Numbered from the stretch's first letter, positions 18,781-29,068 are shown. The stretch: DNA of 64,000 nt from Gemmatales bacterium (GCA_041640595.1 JBEPZY010000008.1:104484-168483); one strand, 5' to 3'. The notes: generated by a model not told the origin, from the letters alone. Program-made: numbers and translations.

Positions 18781-19294
18781 CCCGCGGTCAGCACCCTGTC
18801 CTCGCCGGCAAGTATTTGTTATTGCATGGAACGCGGTCAACTTCCACACGGCACGGCAACACAATACCACACAGAATCACTAGGGAACTTTGCCGTAGCC
18901 TTCCGCTATTGGCCTCGGCGAGCCTGGTAGCAGGCCCTGCCGGGAGTAGGTTTCTATCTAGATGGTGCCCCAAGAGTAGCGCGCCATCTCGTCTGCCAGT
19001 AAACAATGGTGGCGATAGATTCCATATCGGTGGCGTCCACAGCTACCATCACGGCGGCTGGTCGTACCCGTTGCAGAACATCTCGCCCACTCCCGCCGCC
19101 TGCGCGAGGTGTTTTCGAGTCAGCAAATTGAGGTGGCTAAGAATGCGATGGAGCCGAACGCCAAGGCTCTAACGAGAGTTGGACGGAAGCAGAAGAAGCG
19201 GGGTCAGACGGAAAATGCCTGAGTCGCTCTGCTCCGGTTAGTAAGCAACCCAGCACGATTGCGGCGGAGAGGTTGACGGACAAAACGGCAGCGA

Positions 19295-19912
19295 TTACTG
19301 CGATCGAGTTAGCAACGTCGGGAGCAGAATTTCCACGGCCCGGCGGACGTATTTGCTGAGGATATCTACTTCCAGGTTGACTGTTTCGCCCACGCGACGC
19401 AGCCCCAACGTCGTGTGTGCAAGCGTGTAGGGAATGAGTGCCACGCTGAAGCGGTCAGGCTGCACCTCAACCAGGGTCAAGCTAACGCCATCCAGGGCTA
19501 CCGAACCTTTGGGAACCATGTACGCGAGGAGTTCCGGCGCACAGGTGAACCAGACCAGATCAAAGTCCTGCTGGTGTTGCCGTGAAAGTACCGTGGCCAG
19601 TCCGTCCACATGGCCCTGAACCCAGTGCCCACCCAGCGGAGCACCAAGACGAACCGGACGCTCGAGATTGACTGGTTGGCCAGGCGATAGCGACCCCAGG
19701 TTGGTACGCGACAGGGTTTCCGGCGCCAGGTCGAAATGCAAGTGCTCGCCTTCGACAGCCACCACCGTCAGGCACACCCCGTTGACTGCCAGGCTATCCC
19801 CTGGTCGGAGTTCACGAGCCAGACCGGCGTGGCTGAGAACCAAACGCCGACCGCTGTTATGCTCGCGTAGTTCCACGACCGTGCCCAGGATTTCGATTAT
19901 GCCGGTGAACAT
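19295..19912 (-). CDS. ribE: Riboflavin synthase (alpha chain)
   Basis: MFTGII N-terminus, GDSLAVNGVCLTV, GGHWVQGHVDG, KGSVALDGVSLT, VNLEVD. Confidence 0.97.
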   Translation of the reverse strand: MFTGIIEILGTVVELREHNSGRRLVLSHAGLARELRPGDSLAVNGVCLTVVAVEGEHLHFDLAPETLSRTNLGSLSPGQPVNLERPVRLGAPLGGHWVQGHVDGLATVLSRQHQQDFDLVWFTCAPELLAYMVPKGSVALDGVSLTLVEVQPDRFSVALIPYTLAHTTLGLRRVGETVNLEVDILSKYVRRAVEILLPTLLTRSQ

Positions 19913-20012
19913 GGCGAATCTCCAGAAGTGTTCTCGATGCCGCTCGCTGGTCTGGCAAGTGAAATGCTACCAGCGCTGAGCTTTGTATGTTCGGAACCGG
20001 CACATGGCATCG

Positions 20013-20882
20013 TTAGCGGTCGGGGCGAACCACCTCAGCTGCTTCGAGAGCTTTAGCGACGGGGCGACGTACAAGCAACCCAGTTGGCCCCAGGAAAATA
20101 TACAACCAGCAGAGCCCCACCAGAGCCACTTCCTTCAGCAACACAACCAGGAATCCGGCCAGGATCAACTCGACCAGTTCGGTAAAAGGTCGGCGTCGGT
20201 GCAACAACTTCGTGGCCAGATGCGGATACGGGATTCGCGAGACCATCAGCACAGCGACCAGCGTGGCACCAATCGGAGCCAGCCAGTGCACTGCCTCGCG
20301 TATTTCTTCCGGCAACCAGGGATAAGCCATGGGAGAATAGCGTACCAAAACCAGCGAAGCGAGACAGCCAGCCGCAGCTGGGGATGGCAGGCCCTGAAAA
20401 CTGCGATGGCTTTTTGCGTCGAGGCTGGTCTGAACATTGAACCGGGCCAGCCGAAGCACTGCACACACCATGTACAGCAGGGCAACCAGCAGAAAAATCT
20501 CCCCGGCCAGTCGTCCGGAAAAATGACTGCCCAGCTGCAGCACTAAAAAACCCGGTGCCGCTCCGAAACTGATCGCATCACAAAGGCTGTCGAGTTCGGC
20601 GCCAAACTGACTCGCCGTCCGCGACCGCCGTGCCAGATACCCATCGAACATGTCGAAAACCATAGCGGCGAAGATCAACCATCCTGCTACGTAAAAAGCG
20701 GTCTCGTTGGGCCAATCGGAAGCCAAACCGGCTCCGGTTGCCAGCATGATGGCCGTGAAACCACACGCGGCATTGCCCAGGGTGCACAGCGTCGGCAAAA
20801 GCGCAATTCTTCGCAAAGGCCGGTTCTCCCGTAAGCGCCCGCAGTCCGGTCGGCATGCCCTTACTGCATGACCGTAGGGCAA
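20013..20882 (-). CDS. pssA: CDP-diacylglycerol--serine O-phosphatidyltransferase
   Basis: LPTLCTLGNAACG, CDP-alcohol motif FDMFDGYLARR..SQFGAELDSLCDAISFG, LRLARFN, FQGLPSP. Confidence 0.92.
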   Translation of the reverse strand: MPYGHAVRACRPDCGRLRENRPLRRIALLPTLCTLGNAACGFTAIMLATGAGLASDWPNETAFYVAGWLIFAAMVFDMFDGYLARRSRTASQFGAELDSLCDAISFGAAPGFLVLQLGSHFSGRLAGEIFLLVALLYMVCAVLRLARFNVQTSLDAKSHRSFQGLPSPAAAGCLASLVLVRYSPMAYPWLPEEIREAVHWLAPIGATLVAVLMVSRIPYPHLATKLLHRRRPFTELVELILAGFLVVLLKEVALVGLCWLYIFLGPTGLLVRRPVAKALEAAEVVRPDR

Positions 20883-21345
20883 GGATTTGGCATCATTATA
20901 CTCGATCGAAGAGACGCAATAAAGCAGAATTTATCACGCCCCCATCTGCCCCGGCGAGAGCATGAACCACCCAGGCCGTAACCGTGCAGTTTACTAAAGC
21001 ACCGAACCAGTGGCGGATGTTCGACCAGTAACAGCTATCTGGTCGGTGCAGAAAGCACCAGCGAATCTCCGGTGGCCTGGCTGCCACTGTGGAAAGGCTA
21101 GCTGACACAACGGTAAGCCGTGATTCGATACCAAATACATACCGGGGCGGGACAACCGATGTGCAGGCCGGCCAAGTTCGCAATGGGGTGCAGGATAACG
21201 ATTTATTCTGCGTCGGAGCATCGCGCGAGTCCACCAACTGAAGCGGAGGTCGCAACAACGGTAACGATTCATTGAGCGTCGGAACATCGCACCGGTCAGG
21301 ATGTTTGATGGGCGTGAGGTTGGCGTGGTTGGTAGCCAGCCGGAC

Positions 21346-21384
21346 TTGACAGGGCCGATAGTTTGTATAGTGTATATGTGTACA
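21346..21384 (+). promoter_or_regulatory. Putative sigma70 promoter of dinB-dnaE2 overlapped by a candidate SOS-like operator
   Basis: TTGACA at 21346-21351, a TATAGTGT -10 region at 21366-21373, and the near-palindrome TGTAT-ATGT-GTACA at 21371-21384. Confidence 0.55.
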
Positions 21385-21466
21385 CACATTCAGCGGGATG
21401 CTTCGATCCTTCTACCGGCTGGTCAGGTTCTTTTGAAACTGATGCCTTCCGAAGCGGAGTCAGCCG

Positions 21467-22924
21467 ATGACGTGGACAACTGCTTCGAGTCCCCTGGTCT
21501 CTGCGAAGCCAATAACGATCGAGGAGGTCGGCAGCGTAGCGGTTCCCTCTTCGTATAGTGTACGCAGGAACATTATATCTTCGAGCCACGACCAGGCATG
21601 CTTATCAACAAAGCCAGATGTCGCTCCTGACCTGGAATCGTCTGTGCAGGGGCAACCAGCGGACCAGCGCAGCTGCGCCCTGGAGCTTCAGGATGCGGTT
21701 CGAACCTCGCTACGCTCGGACGGACGCATAGTGCTGCACTTAGATATAGACGCCTTTTTTGCATCCGTCGAGCAGTTAACAGATTCCCGATTACGGGGTC
21801 GGCCGGTCGCGGTAGGCACAGGCGTGGTAGCCAGCTGCAGTTATGAAGCACGCCAGTGGGGTGTACGCACCGCCATGCGCCTCAGTGAAGCTCGCCGACT
21901 TTGCCCGGAACTAATCGTCGTGCCGGGATATTATCCACGCTATGAAGCGATTGCCCGACAGATATTCGCCTTCTGCCAGCAATTTACTCCGCAGATCGAA
22001 TGTGCCGCTCTCGACGATTTTTATTTAGATTTAGGCGCTGCCGATGTTAGTGAGGGAGAACGTATAGGTCGGCAATTGCGCCAATGGGTGCGGGAGGTGT
22101 TGCGACTAAGTTTATCCATCGGTGCCGGAAGTTGCAAACTGGTTGCGGAAGTAGCCACCCATCAGGCAAAGCCCGGTCGTCAGGTTCAGGTATTTCCAGG
22201 GCGCGAACGTGATTACCTGGCACCCTGGCCAGTGACGATTTTACCAGGCGTCGGACCACAAGCTGCGCGTCAGTTAGTTCGGCTTGGTCTGCGCTATGTG
22301 GGGGAACTGGCGCAGGTTTCCGGGCGATTATTAGCGGGTTTGTTCGGCTGGCGCGGACGATGCTGGCATCTATATGCACAGGGGATCGATCTTCGGCCCG
22401 TCCAGCCGCATCACCAACCGCTAAGTATTAGCAGGCGCACCAGTTTTGCACCACCGGAATCGGATCCGATGTTTCTGCGCGCCATGTTGATTTATCTGCT
22501 GGAGCGTGCAGCAAGCTGGATGCGCTGGCAACAACGGCGCGCTGCTGGCTTAGAAGTCGCAGTGCGCTATGGCGACGGTGTTAGCCTCGCTAAATCATTT
22601 CGCCTCCGACCGCCAACCGATCACGACGCCACATTGCGCCCACTGGCATTAGAAGCTTTGGCTCGCTTATTAGAAAGGCGGCTCCCTATCCAACTATTAG
22701 CGGTTACATTACGGCCCTTAGCTCCTCACGACGGTCAGCTCTGGTTATATGGCGATCCCCAGCAGGAGCGGCAGAATCAATTGCAGCAATGGAAGGACGC
22801 CATCCGGCAGCGGTTCGGCCATTTATCTTTGACCAGCGGTGAGGAATTGCTGCTGCTGCTGCTGCAACGTCTGCCCCACGATCGGCACCGCTTGATTTTG
22901 CGCACTCCGTGTTTGACACGCTGA
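21467..22924 (+). CDS. dinB: Y-family DNA polymerase IV (DinB-like)
   Basis: RIVLHLDIDAFFASVEQ, VVASCSYEARQWGV, ALDDFYLD, LPGVG and clamp motif QLWLY. Start is uncertain: ATG 21467 has a GGAG RBS, GTG 21644 is an alternative. Confidence 0.9.
   Translation: MTWTTASSPLVSAKPITIEEVGSVAVPSSYSVRRNIISSSHDQACLSTKPDVAPDLESSVQGQPADQRSCALELQDAVRTSLRSDGRIVLHLDIDAFFASVEQLTDSRLRGRPVAVGTGVVASCSYEARQWGVRTAMRLSEARRLCPELIVVPGYYPRYEAIARQIFAFCQQFTPQIECAALDDFYLDLGAADVSEGERIGRQLRQWVREVLRLSLSIGAGSCKLVAEVATHQAKPGRQVQVFPGRERDYLAPWPVTILPGVGPQAARQLVRLGLRYVGELAQVSGRLLAGLFGWRGRCWHLYAQGIDLRPVQPHHQPLSISRRTSFAPPESDPMFLRAMLIYLLERAASWMRWQQRRAAGLEVAVRYGDGVSLAKSFRLRPPTDHDATLRPLALEALARLLERRLPIQLLAVTLRPLAPHDGQLWLYGDPQQERQNQLQQWKDAIRQRFGHLSLTSGEELLLLLLQRLPHDRHRLILRTPCLTR
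21559..21572 (+). promoter_or_regulatory. Second candidate SOS-like operator
   Basis: TGTAC-GCAG-GAACA, preceded by the same GTATAG as the first box. Confidence 0.45.
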
Positions 22925-22937
22925 CTGGAAGCTCGAT

Positions 22938-25900
22938 ATGCCGACGCGCCTGGTCGCCTTACATGTTCATAGCTGGTATTCCCTGCTGGAGGGCGTGGAC
23001 TCGCCGCAACGGTTGCTGGAAATGGCCGCTGCGCGGGGCTATATAGCACTGGCGTTTACCGATACTAATAACCTTTACGGTGTGCCGGCCATTTATGATC
23101 TGGCCTGGCAATACGGGGTGCGGCCGATTTTTGGCGCATGTTTGCGTCAACCTGAACCGCAGAATGCTTGCCGGCCTGAAGAAATGCCGGCCACGGATGC
23201 ACCGATACAGCCAGTCCGTTGCACGGTCCTGATTTCCGAGCCGGAGGGCTATAGCAACCTATGCACTATATTAAGCCGCCTCCATGTGCACTCTGATCCA
23301 CTGCCAGAGTTGCTGCTGGAATATCATGAGGGTTTGCAGGTATTAGTGGATAATCCCCAATGGCTTGCGGCATTGCAACCTGTATGGCGTGAACGTTTGT
23401 GGGCGGAGTTGATTCGACCCGGAAGGTCTATAAAGCAAGAACGGGCATTATTAGAAACAGCAGCAGCCCGAGGCATTCGGGTTGTAGCCAGTTGGGCGGT
23501 TCATTTCGCTGAATCACGGGGCTGGGAGGCGTTTCGCCTGCTTCAGGCGATTCGCTATCGGAAAATGGTAGCTCGTTTGCCCAAACGCCTAGGGGTCACG
23601 CCAGCACATTACCTACTTAGCGCAGCAGAAGTATGGCATCGGTTTGCAGACATCCCTGAAGCCCTGGTACATGCAGAACAACTGGCGGAACGCTGTCGCT
23701 CCGATGTCTTGCCTCGACAATTAGTCGTACCCGCACCGCCGGAATACTGGTCTGGCCCGGCTTCCCAGCAAGCATGCTTGCAGCAATTACGGCATCGGTG
23801 TCTCCAGGCTCTAAGTCAATATCCTGGCGATCTTGATGAAGCTGACGCTCGGTTACAGGAGGAACTAAACATCATCGAACAGCGTAACCTGGCCGGTTAT
23901 TTTCTTGTGGTCCACGAAATCGCCCAGGAAGCCCGGCGCCGAGGTTATCCGATGGCCCTGCGTGGTTCTGCGGGAAATTCGCTGGTATGTTATCTTCTCG
24001 GTATTACCGACATAGACCCGCTCCGTTATCGCCTTCCATTGGCGCGTTTTCTGCATGCGGGTCGAGGCGATTTACCAGATATAGACCTGGATTTTGACTG
24101 GCGTGTTCGGGACGAAATCATGGCCTGGATGGTGCAGCGCTTCGGGGCAGAACATACAGCACAGGTGAGCTCCCATCTGTTTTTCCAACCTCGTTCCGCC
24201 TTTCGTGAAGCTGCCAAGGCCTATGGTTTATCGAACTCGCAAATATCTCGACTTCTGGTCCGTCTGGAGGCACGCCTGGAAAGCTTAGTAGATAGACAAT
24301 CCGAACTGTCCAGTACGCCGACATGGCAATTGTTGTGCCAGGCGGGAAAGGAGCTTCTACCGGAAACCTGCTGGGCACGAATATTAGAAGCGACGCACTG
24401 GCTTCTCGGCAGACCCTATCATCTTTCCCTGCATCCCGGTGGTATGGTACTTACACCGGATCCGTTGTGTCGGCATGTACCGCTGCAACGTGCGCCGAAA
24501 GGCGTGATCATGACGCAACTGGATAAAGACGGTGTCGAACGCATTGGCTTAGTGAAAATAGATGTTCTGGGGAATCGGGCTTTAGCCACCTTGACAGAAG
24601 CACGATGTTTAGCCGGTTCGAAGGTGCAAATATCCGAAACTGACGCCGACACTTTACGACTCTTACAGCGAGGCGATACCCTGGGTGTAAATCAACTGGA
24701 ATCGCCTGCCATGCGTCATTTACTGGTCCAGTATCAACCCCAGACGCGGGACGATCTAATAAATGTGCTGGCCCTGATTCGCCCGGCAGCAGCATCTATA
24801 GGCAATAAAGAGCTGTTTCTTCGCCGACGGCGTGGCTTAGAACCACCGCCGCCATTGTCCGCACAGTTAGAGCCAATCCTGGGTGAAACCTGCGGGCTGA
24901 TGATTTTTGAGGACCAGGCACTTTTGGCGATCCAGGCGGTGACGGGTTGGCCAGCGGCTGAGGCCGATCAGTTACGCAAGGCCATCAGCAATGGCTTGCC
25001 TGCCGACCAGGCCGCTGATTGGTGGCAGCGCTTCGTGCGAGCCTGTCGAGTTCAGGGTGTTAGTCGGGAGATCGCCGAGCACATCTGGACGCAACTGGCC
25101 CGTTTCAACGCCTATTCTTTCTGCAAAAGCCACGCGGTGAGCTATGGCTGGCTGGCGTGGGAAGTGGCCTGGTATAAGGCCCATTATCCCCTGGCATTCT
25201 GGACAGCAGCACTTAATAATAACCTGGGCATGTATCCGCTCTGGCTCTATATCGAGGCTATCAAGTGGTCTAATATACACTTATTGCCGCCGTGTGTGAA
25301 TCGCTCGGATCTAACGTTTCGGATAGATGGCGATGGTATTCGCGTGGGTCTGGGTAATATTCGGGGCGTGCCACGGACTATATTGACAGCGATTGTGCGA
25401 GAACGTGAGCGGCGGGGGCCATTTACCAGTATCCGTGATCTGTGTCGTCGAGTCCATATCGGGCCGGAAGCATTGGCACAACTCATTCAGGCGGGGGCAT
25501 GCGATTTTGCTGGTCTATCTCGTGAGGAACTGTTCTTGGAGGCCAGCTTGTATTTTCGCCGTTATGATGAAACGGCTATCTTCGCAGGGCACCTGGAGCA
25601 TCCACCTCCTTTGTTGCCGTGCATAAATCGGGCCCCGGCTCCAGCAACTAAGCAGAGCCTGGCTGAGGCGGTCAGACAATGGGAGACGCTTGGTTTTGTT
25701 ATAGAGGTGCCATTGATGGCCCTGTTCCGGCCATGCTTACCGTCTGGTCTGGCCGATAGCCGAGCCCTGCAGGAACCGCCGGGTGCGCGCCTGACCCTGG
25801 CGGGGCTGGTAGCTGCCAGTCGCATTACCACGACGACGGATGGAAAACCCATGCAGTTTCTTACCCTGGCGGATGAATGGGGATTGGTTGAGGTGACGCT

Positions 25901-26036
25901 ATTCCCCGATATCTGCCCTATCCTGGCGAGTCCTGCACTGGGGCCTTATCTGGTCACCGGACAAATTGAGGAGCATCTAGGTGCTCGTACATTGAGAGCC
26001 ATTCAAAGACCGGAACTGTGCATGCAGTGTTCCTGA
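22938..26036 (+). CDS. dnaE2: DNA polymerase III alpha-family, error-prone DnaE2-type
   Basis: PHP LHVHSWYSLLEG, RGSAGNSLVCYLLGIT, catalytic PDIDLDF, SLHPGG, KIDVLG, YSFCKSHA and a C-terminal OB fold. Lies 13 bp after dinB. Confidence 0.9.
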   Translation: MPTRLVALHVHSWYSLLEGVDSPQRLLEMAAARGYIALAFTDTNNLYGVPAIYDLAWQYGVRPIFGACLRQPEPQNACRPEEMPATDAPIQPVRCTVLISEPEGYSNLCTILSRLHVHSDPLPELLLEYHEGLQVLVDNPQWLAALQPVWRERLWAELIRPGRSIKQERALLETAAARGIRVVASWAVHFAESRGWEAFRLLQAIRYRKMVARLPKRLGVTPAHYLLSAAEVWHRFADIPEALVHAEQLAERCRSDVLPRQLVVPAPPEYWSGPASQQACLQQLRHRCLQALSQYPGDLDEADARLQEELNIIEQRNLAGYFLVVHEIAQEARRRGYPMALRGSAGNSLVCYLLGITDIDPLRYRLPLARFLHAGRGDLPDIDLDFDWRVRDEIMAWMVQRFGAEHTAQVSSHLFFQPRSAFREAAKAYGLSNSQISRLLVRLEARLESLVDRQSELSSTPTWQLLCQAGKELLPETCWARILEATHWLLGRPYHLSLHPGGMVLTPDPLCRHVPLQRAPKGVIMTQLDKDGVERIGLVKIDVLGNRALATLTEARCLAGSKVQISETDADTLRLLQRGDTLGVNQLESPAMRHLLVQYQPQTRDDLINVLALIRPAAASIGNKELFLRRRRGLEPPPPLSAQLEPILGETCGLMIFEDQALLAIQAVTGWPAAEADQLRKAISNGLPADQAADWWQRFVRACRVQGVSREIAEHIWTQLARFNAYSFCKSHAVSYGWLAWEVAWYKAHYPLAFWTAALNNNLGMYPLWLYIEAIKWSNIHLLPPCVNRSDLTFRIDGDGIRVGLGNIRGVPRTILTAIVRERERRGPFTSIRDLCRRVHIGPEALAQLIQAGACDFAGLSREELFLEASLYFRRYDETAIFAGHLEHPPPLLPCINRAPAPATKQSLAEAVRQWETLGFVIEVPLMALFRPCLPSGLADSRALQEPPGARLTLAGLVAASRITTTTDGKPMQFLTLADEWGLVEVTLFPDICPILASPALGPYLVTGQIEEHLGARTLRAIQRPELCMQCS

Positions 26037-26363
26037 AGCCATTGCACGAATATCACCCGACGCGCGTCCCGTTACAATCGAAAGCGAGTGCTCTGCGATA
26101 TAAGCAAAAGCTCGGTCGGATGTGCTAAAATGGTAAGATGGTCGCAAGCCGTAGCCAATACCGGGTCGCTTACCCATTGTCGGCAACGATGGCGTCGTGC
26201 CCGGGGCAGGCGATAAAATTGGCCCGCGGCAGTGCGTCTCGTGGTGAATTAGTCTGTAAAAAGTCGGCCTGATCTGATAAACTCATTCGCTTGAAGTCAG
26301 CCGAAGCTTTTCAAAGGCGAAGCGAGAAACTTTCAGCGAGACGGAGATTTCTCGGAGCGATCT

Positions 26364-27422
26364 ATGCGAGTCGGGATTCTAACCGGAGGTGGTGATTGTC
26401 CCGGACTGAACGCGGTGATTCGAGCGGTGGTGCGGAAAATTCATAACGCCGGCGGGGAAGCGGTGGGCATTCTCGAAGGCTGGCGTGGGTTGGTGGAGGA
26501 CCGCACCCGACCACTTACGGTAGAGGAAACCGATGGCATCATCGGTCAGGGCGGCACCATACTTTTTTCCTCGCGCACCAATCCATTCAAATCGCCAGAC
26601 AAAGTCGAAAAACTGCGGCAGGTATTCCGGCGACATCAATTCGACGCGCTTGTGGCCATCGGTGGGGAAGATACGCTGGGAGTGGCTCATCGGCTGCACC
26701 GCGAATTCGATTTACCGATCGTAGGCGTGCCGAAAACGATTGATAATGACCTGTCGGCCACGGATTTTACGTTTGGATTCGATACGGCCATTAATGTCGT
26801 CGTCGAAGCTGTGGATCGGTTGCGGACGACGGCGGAGTCCCACCGCCGCATCATGATTGTAGAAACTATGGGCCGACACGCTGGCTGGATCGCTTGCCTC
26901 AGTGGTATCGCCGTAGGAGCGGATTACATTTTGGTTCCGGAAGTGCCGGTCAATCTCGATCATCTCTGCGAAGTGCTGCGACGCCGACGTGAGCAAGGTC
27001 GCCCTAGCAGTATTGTCGTCGTCAGTGAAGGCGTTACTCTTCCCGAAGGAACGGTTGTCCAGCAAACGCAGCTGGATGAGTTCGGACATGTTCGGCTGGG
27101 CGGAATAGGAGCCGCGTTGGCTTCGCTCGTCGAAAATCGTCTGGGAATCGAGACCCGCTACGTGATCCTTGGCCACCTGCAGCGTGGCGGACCGCCGACG
27201 GCGTACGATCGCGTGCTGGCGACACGCTTCGGCATCAAGGCGGCGGAACTGGTACTGAACGGACAGTTCGGCCAGATGGCAGCCTTGCGCGGTACCGAAA
27301 TTGTCGCTGTCCCGCTGGCACAAGCCGTTGCCGAAATCAAAAAGCTCGACCTGCGTTATTACGAGGAAGCCCAGGAGTGGTTCTTCGGGGCTTATACGCA
27401 ACCACGCACTTCGCTGACGTAA
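26364..27422 (+). CDS. pfkA: 6-phosphofructokinase, probably PPi-dependent
   Basis: [47 protein letters not shown]. Confidence 0.95.
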   Translation: MRVGILTGGGDCPGLNAVIRAVVRKIHNAGGEAVGILEGWRGLVEDRTRPLTVEETDGIIGQGGTILFSSRTNPFKSPDKVEKLRQVFRRHQFDALVAIGGEDTLGVAHRLHREFDLPIVGVPKTIDNDLSATDFTFGFDTAINVVVEAVDRLRTTAESHRRIMIVETMGRHAGWIACLSGIAVGADYILVPEVPVNLDHLCEVLRRRREQGRPSSIVVVSEGVTLPEGTVVQQTQLDEFGHVRLGGIGAALASLVENRLGIETRYVILGHLQRGGPPTAYDRVLATRFGIKAAELVLNGQFGQMAALRGTEIVAVPLAQAVAEIKKLDLRYYEEAQEWFFGAYTQPRTSLT

Positions 27423-27450
27423 ACGTGGCCTTTACCGGCGCGAACCGGGA

Positions 27451-27573
27451 CTGGCCAAGCCCGGACCGAATGCGCTGTGCTCCATGCTAACGGCTCCAAG
27501 CCGCTTCCCGCATAGTGCGTTTGGTTACGCTGGACAAGCCCAGACCGAATGCGCTGTGCCCATGCCGACGGCT
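27451..27573. repeat. REP/BIME-like cluster of alternating direct and inverted units downstream of pfkA
   Basis: ~44-bp imperfect direct repeats at 27451-27495 and 27530-27573 (core ccgaatgcgctgtgc). An inverted, G-U-complementary copy gcatagtgcgtttgg lies at 27510-27524. Confidence 0.7.
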
Positions 27574-27997
27574 AGCGGAACGCATGTGTATGCTTTCCGC
27601 AGCCAGATTGCCTGGTAAGAGGGGAACAATCCGATAACCCGATGCTGGGAACAGCCGAGCGAGCGGACGAAAACAAAGGAGAACCGGTGGCCCGGCAGTA
27701 ACAAACCAATTTGCCCAGCAACAAGATAATGACCCGATACTGGAAACCCTGCCGTTCACGGCAATCCTGGCTTCGATTCGACCGGTGACACCGGGGGCAA
27801 AATTACAACTGGCGAATTTGTCATGCGCTTGCTGCGACCAAAGTTTTGCAGCGGCAGGTTGCGCCCGCGACACCGAGTTTCCGACCAGCGCTTCGGTCAA
27901 GGTGAGGACCGGCACGCGCACGCTGTCTAAAGCGTTGCGCCCGGAGAAGTAAGGTATCCGCCAGTGTTTCGCCGGCAGCAATCAATGGCCGGACGCA

Positions 27998-29068
27998 TCA
28001 GTCGGGTTGGTTTTCGATAGCCTGGACGACAAGGTCGCCGACTTCGCTGGTGGTATAGCCCATTTGTCCCGCGGCCATGCTCTTGAGTTTGTGAGCGGTT
28101 ACAAAAGCGACGGCCTGTTCGACCCGTTGCGCGGCCTTTTTCTCGCCCAGAAACTCGAGCATCATTTTCAGGGCCAGGATAGCGGCCAGGGGATTAATTT
28201 TTCCCGTGCCGGTGTATTTCGGTGCGGAACCACCCATCGGTTCGAACATACTCGTGCCATTCGGGTTGATGTTCGCACCAGCGGCCACTCCCAGGCCACC
28301 CTGCAAAATGGCCGCCAAGTCCGTGATGATGTCGCCGAACATGTTTTCGGTAACGATGGTATCGTACCACTCCGGATTTTTGACCATCCACATACAGCAA
28401 GCGTCCACGTGGTTGTAGTCGGTCTTGATATCGGGATATTGTTGAGCGAGTTCCTGAAACACACGCCACCAAAGATCGTGTGCGTAGGTGAGCACATTGG
28501 TCTTGAGGACGAGGGTGAGTTTTTTCTGGTCGTTACGTTGGCGGCAAAATTCAAAAGCGTACCGCAGACAACGTTCCACTCCTTGCCGGGTATTGATGAG
28601 TTCCTGAGTTGCTACTTCCCAGGGCGTGCCCTTGTGCAGGAATCCGCCGGCACCGCAATAAAGGCCTTCGGTGTTTTCGCGGATGATAACGAAGTCAATA
28701 TCCTCGGGGCCTTTGTTTTTGATGGGCGTTTCCACGCCTGGATAAAGTTTGACCGGTCGGAGGTTGATATACTGCTGAAACTCGAAGCGAATCCGCAGAA
28801 GCAAACCGCGTTCGAGAATTCCCGGAGGCACATCCGGATGGCCAACTGCTCCCAGATAAATGGCTCGGAATTGCCCCAGTTCACGCAGCACCGAGTCGGG
28901 CAAAACCTCACCGGTTCGCAAATACCGCTCACCACCGAGATCGTATTCGACGGTTTCGTAGGTAAAACCTTCCCGCCGCGCCACCGCTTGCAAGACCTTC
29001 AGGCCTTCGCGCACCACTTCGGGGCCGGTACCGTCGCCACCAATGACTGCAATGCGATAATGCCGCAT
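27998..29068 (-). CDS. leuB: 3-isopropylmalate dehydrogenase
   Basis: IAVIGGDGTGPEV, LLRIRFEFQQYINLRPVKL, RENTEGLY, NMFGDIITDL, MFEPMGGSAP, INPLAAI. Confidence 0.9.
   Translation of the reverse strand: MRHYRIAVIGGDGTGPEVVREGLKVLQAVARREGFTYETVEYDLGGERYLRTGEVLPDSVLRELGQFRAIYLGAVGHPDVPPGILERGLLLRIRFEFQQYINLRPVKLYPGVETPIKNKGPEDIDFVIIRENTEGLYCGAGGFLHKGTPWEVATQELINTRQGVERCLRYAFEFCRQRNDQKKLTLVLKTNVLTYAHDLWWRVFQELAQQYPDIKTDYNHVDACCMWMVKNPEWYDTIVTENMFGDIITDLAAILQGGLGVAAGANINPNGTSMFEPMGGSAPKYTGTGKINPLAAILALKMMLEFLGEKKAAQRVEQAVAFVTAHKLKSMAAGQMGYTTSEVGDLVVQAIENQPD

Noticed and set aside
19913..20012. FMN riboswitch upstream of ribE
   Set aside because: Only 100 bp to pssA, and no RFN consensus elements are visible.
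20896..21389. Minus-strand ORFs of 163 and 131 aa upstream of dinB
   Set aside because: No motifs or RBS, unnatural composition, and they overlap the dinB promoter. They are not imuA-like.
21693..21733. Short uORF MRFEPRYARTDA whose TAG overlaps a GTG in dinB
   Set aside because: The conserved DinB residues (RIVLH) begin upstream of that GTG, so it is unlikely to be the real start.
27451..27573. Possible CRISPR array (44-bp repeat, 34-bp spacer)
   Set aside because: The spacer contains an inverted copy of the repeat core, there are only two direct copies, and no cas genes are present.
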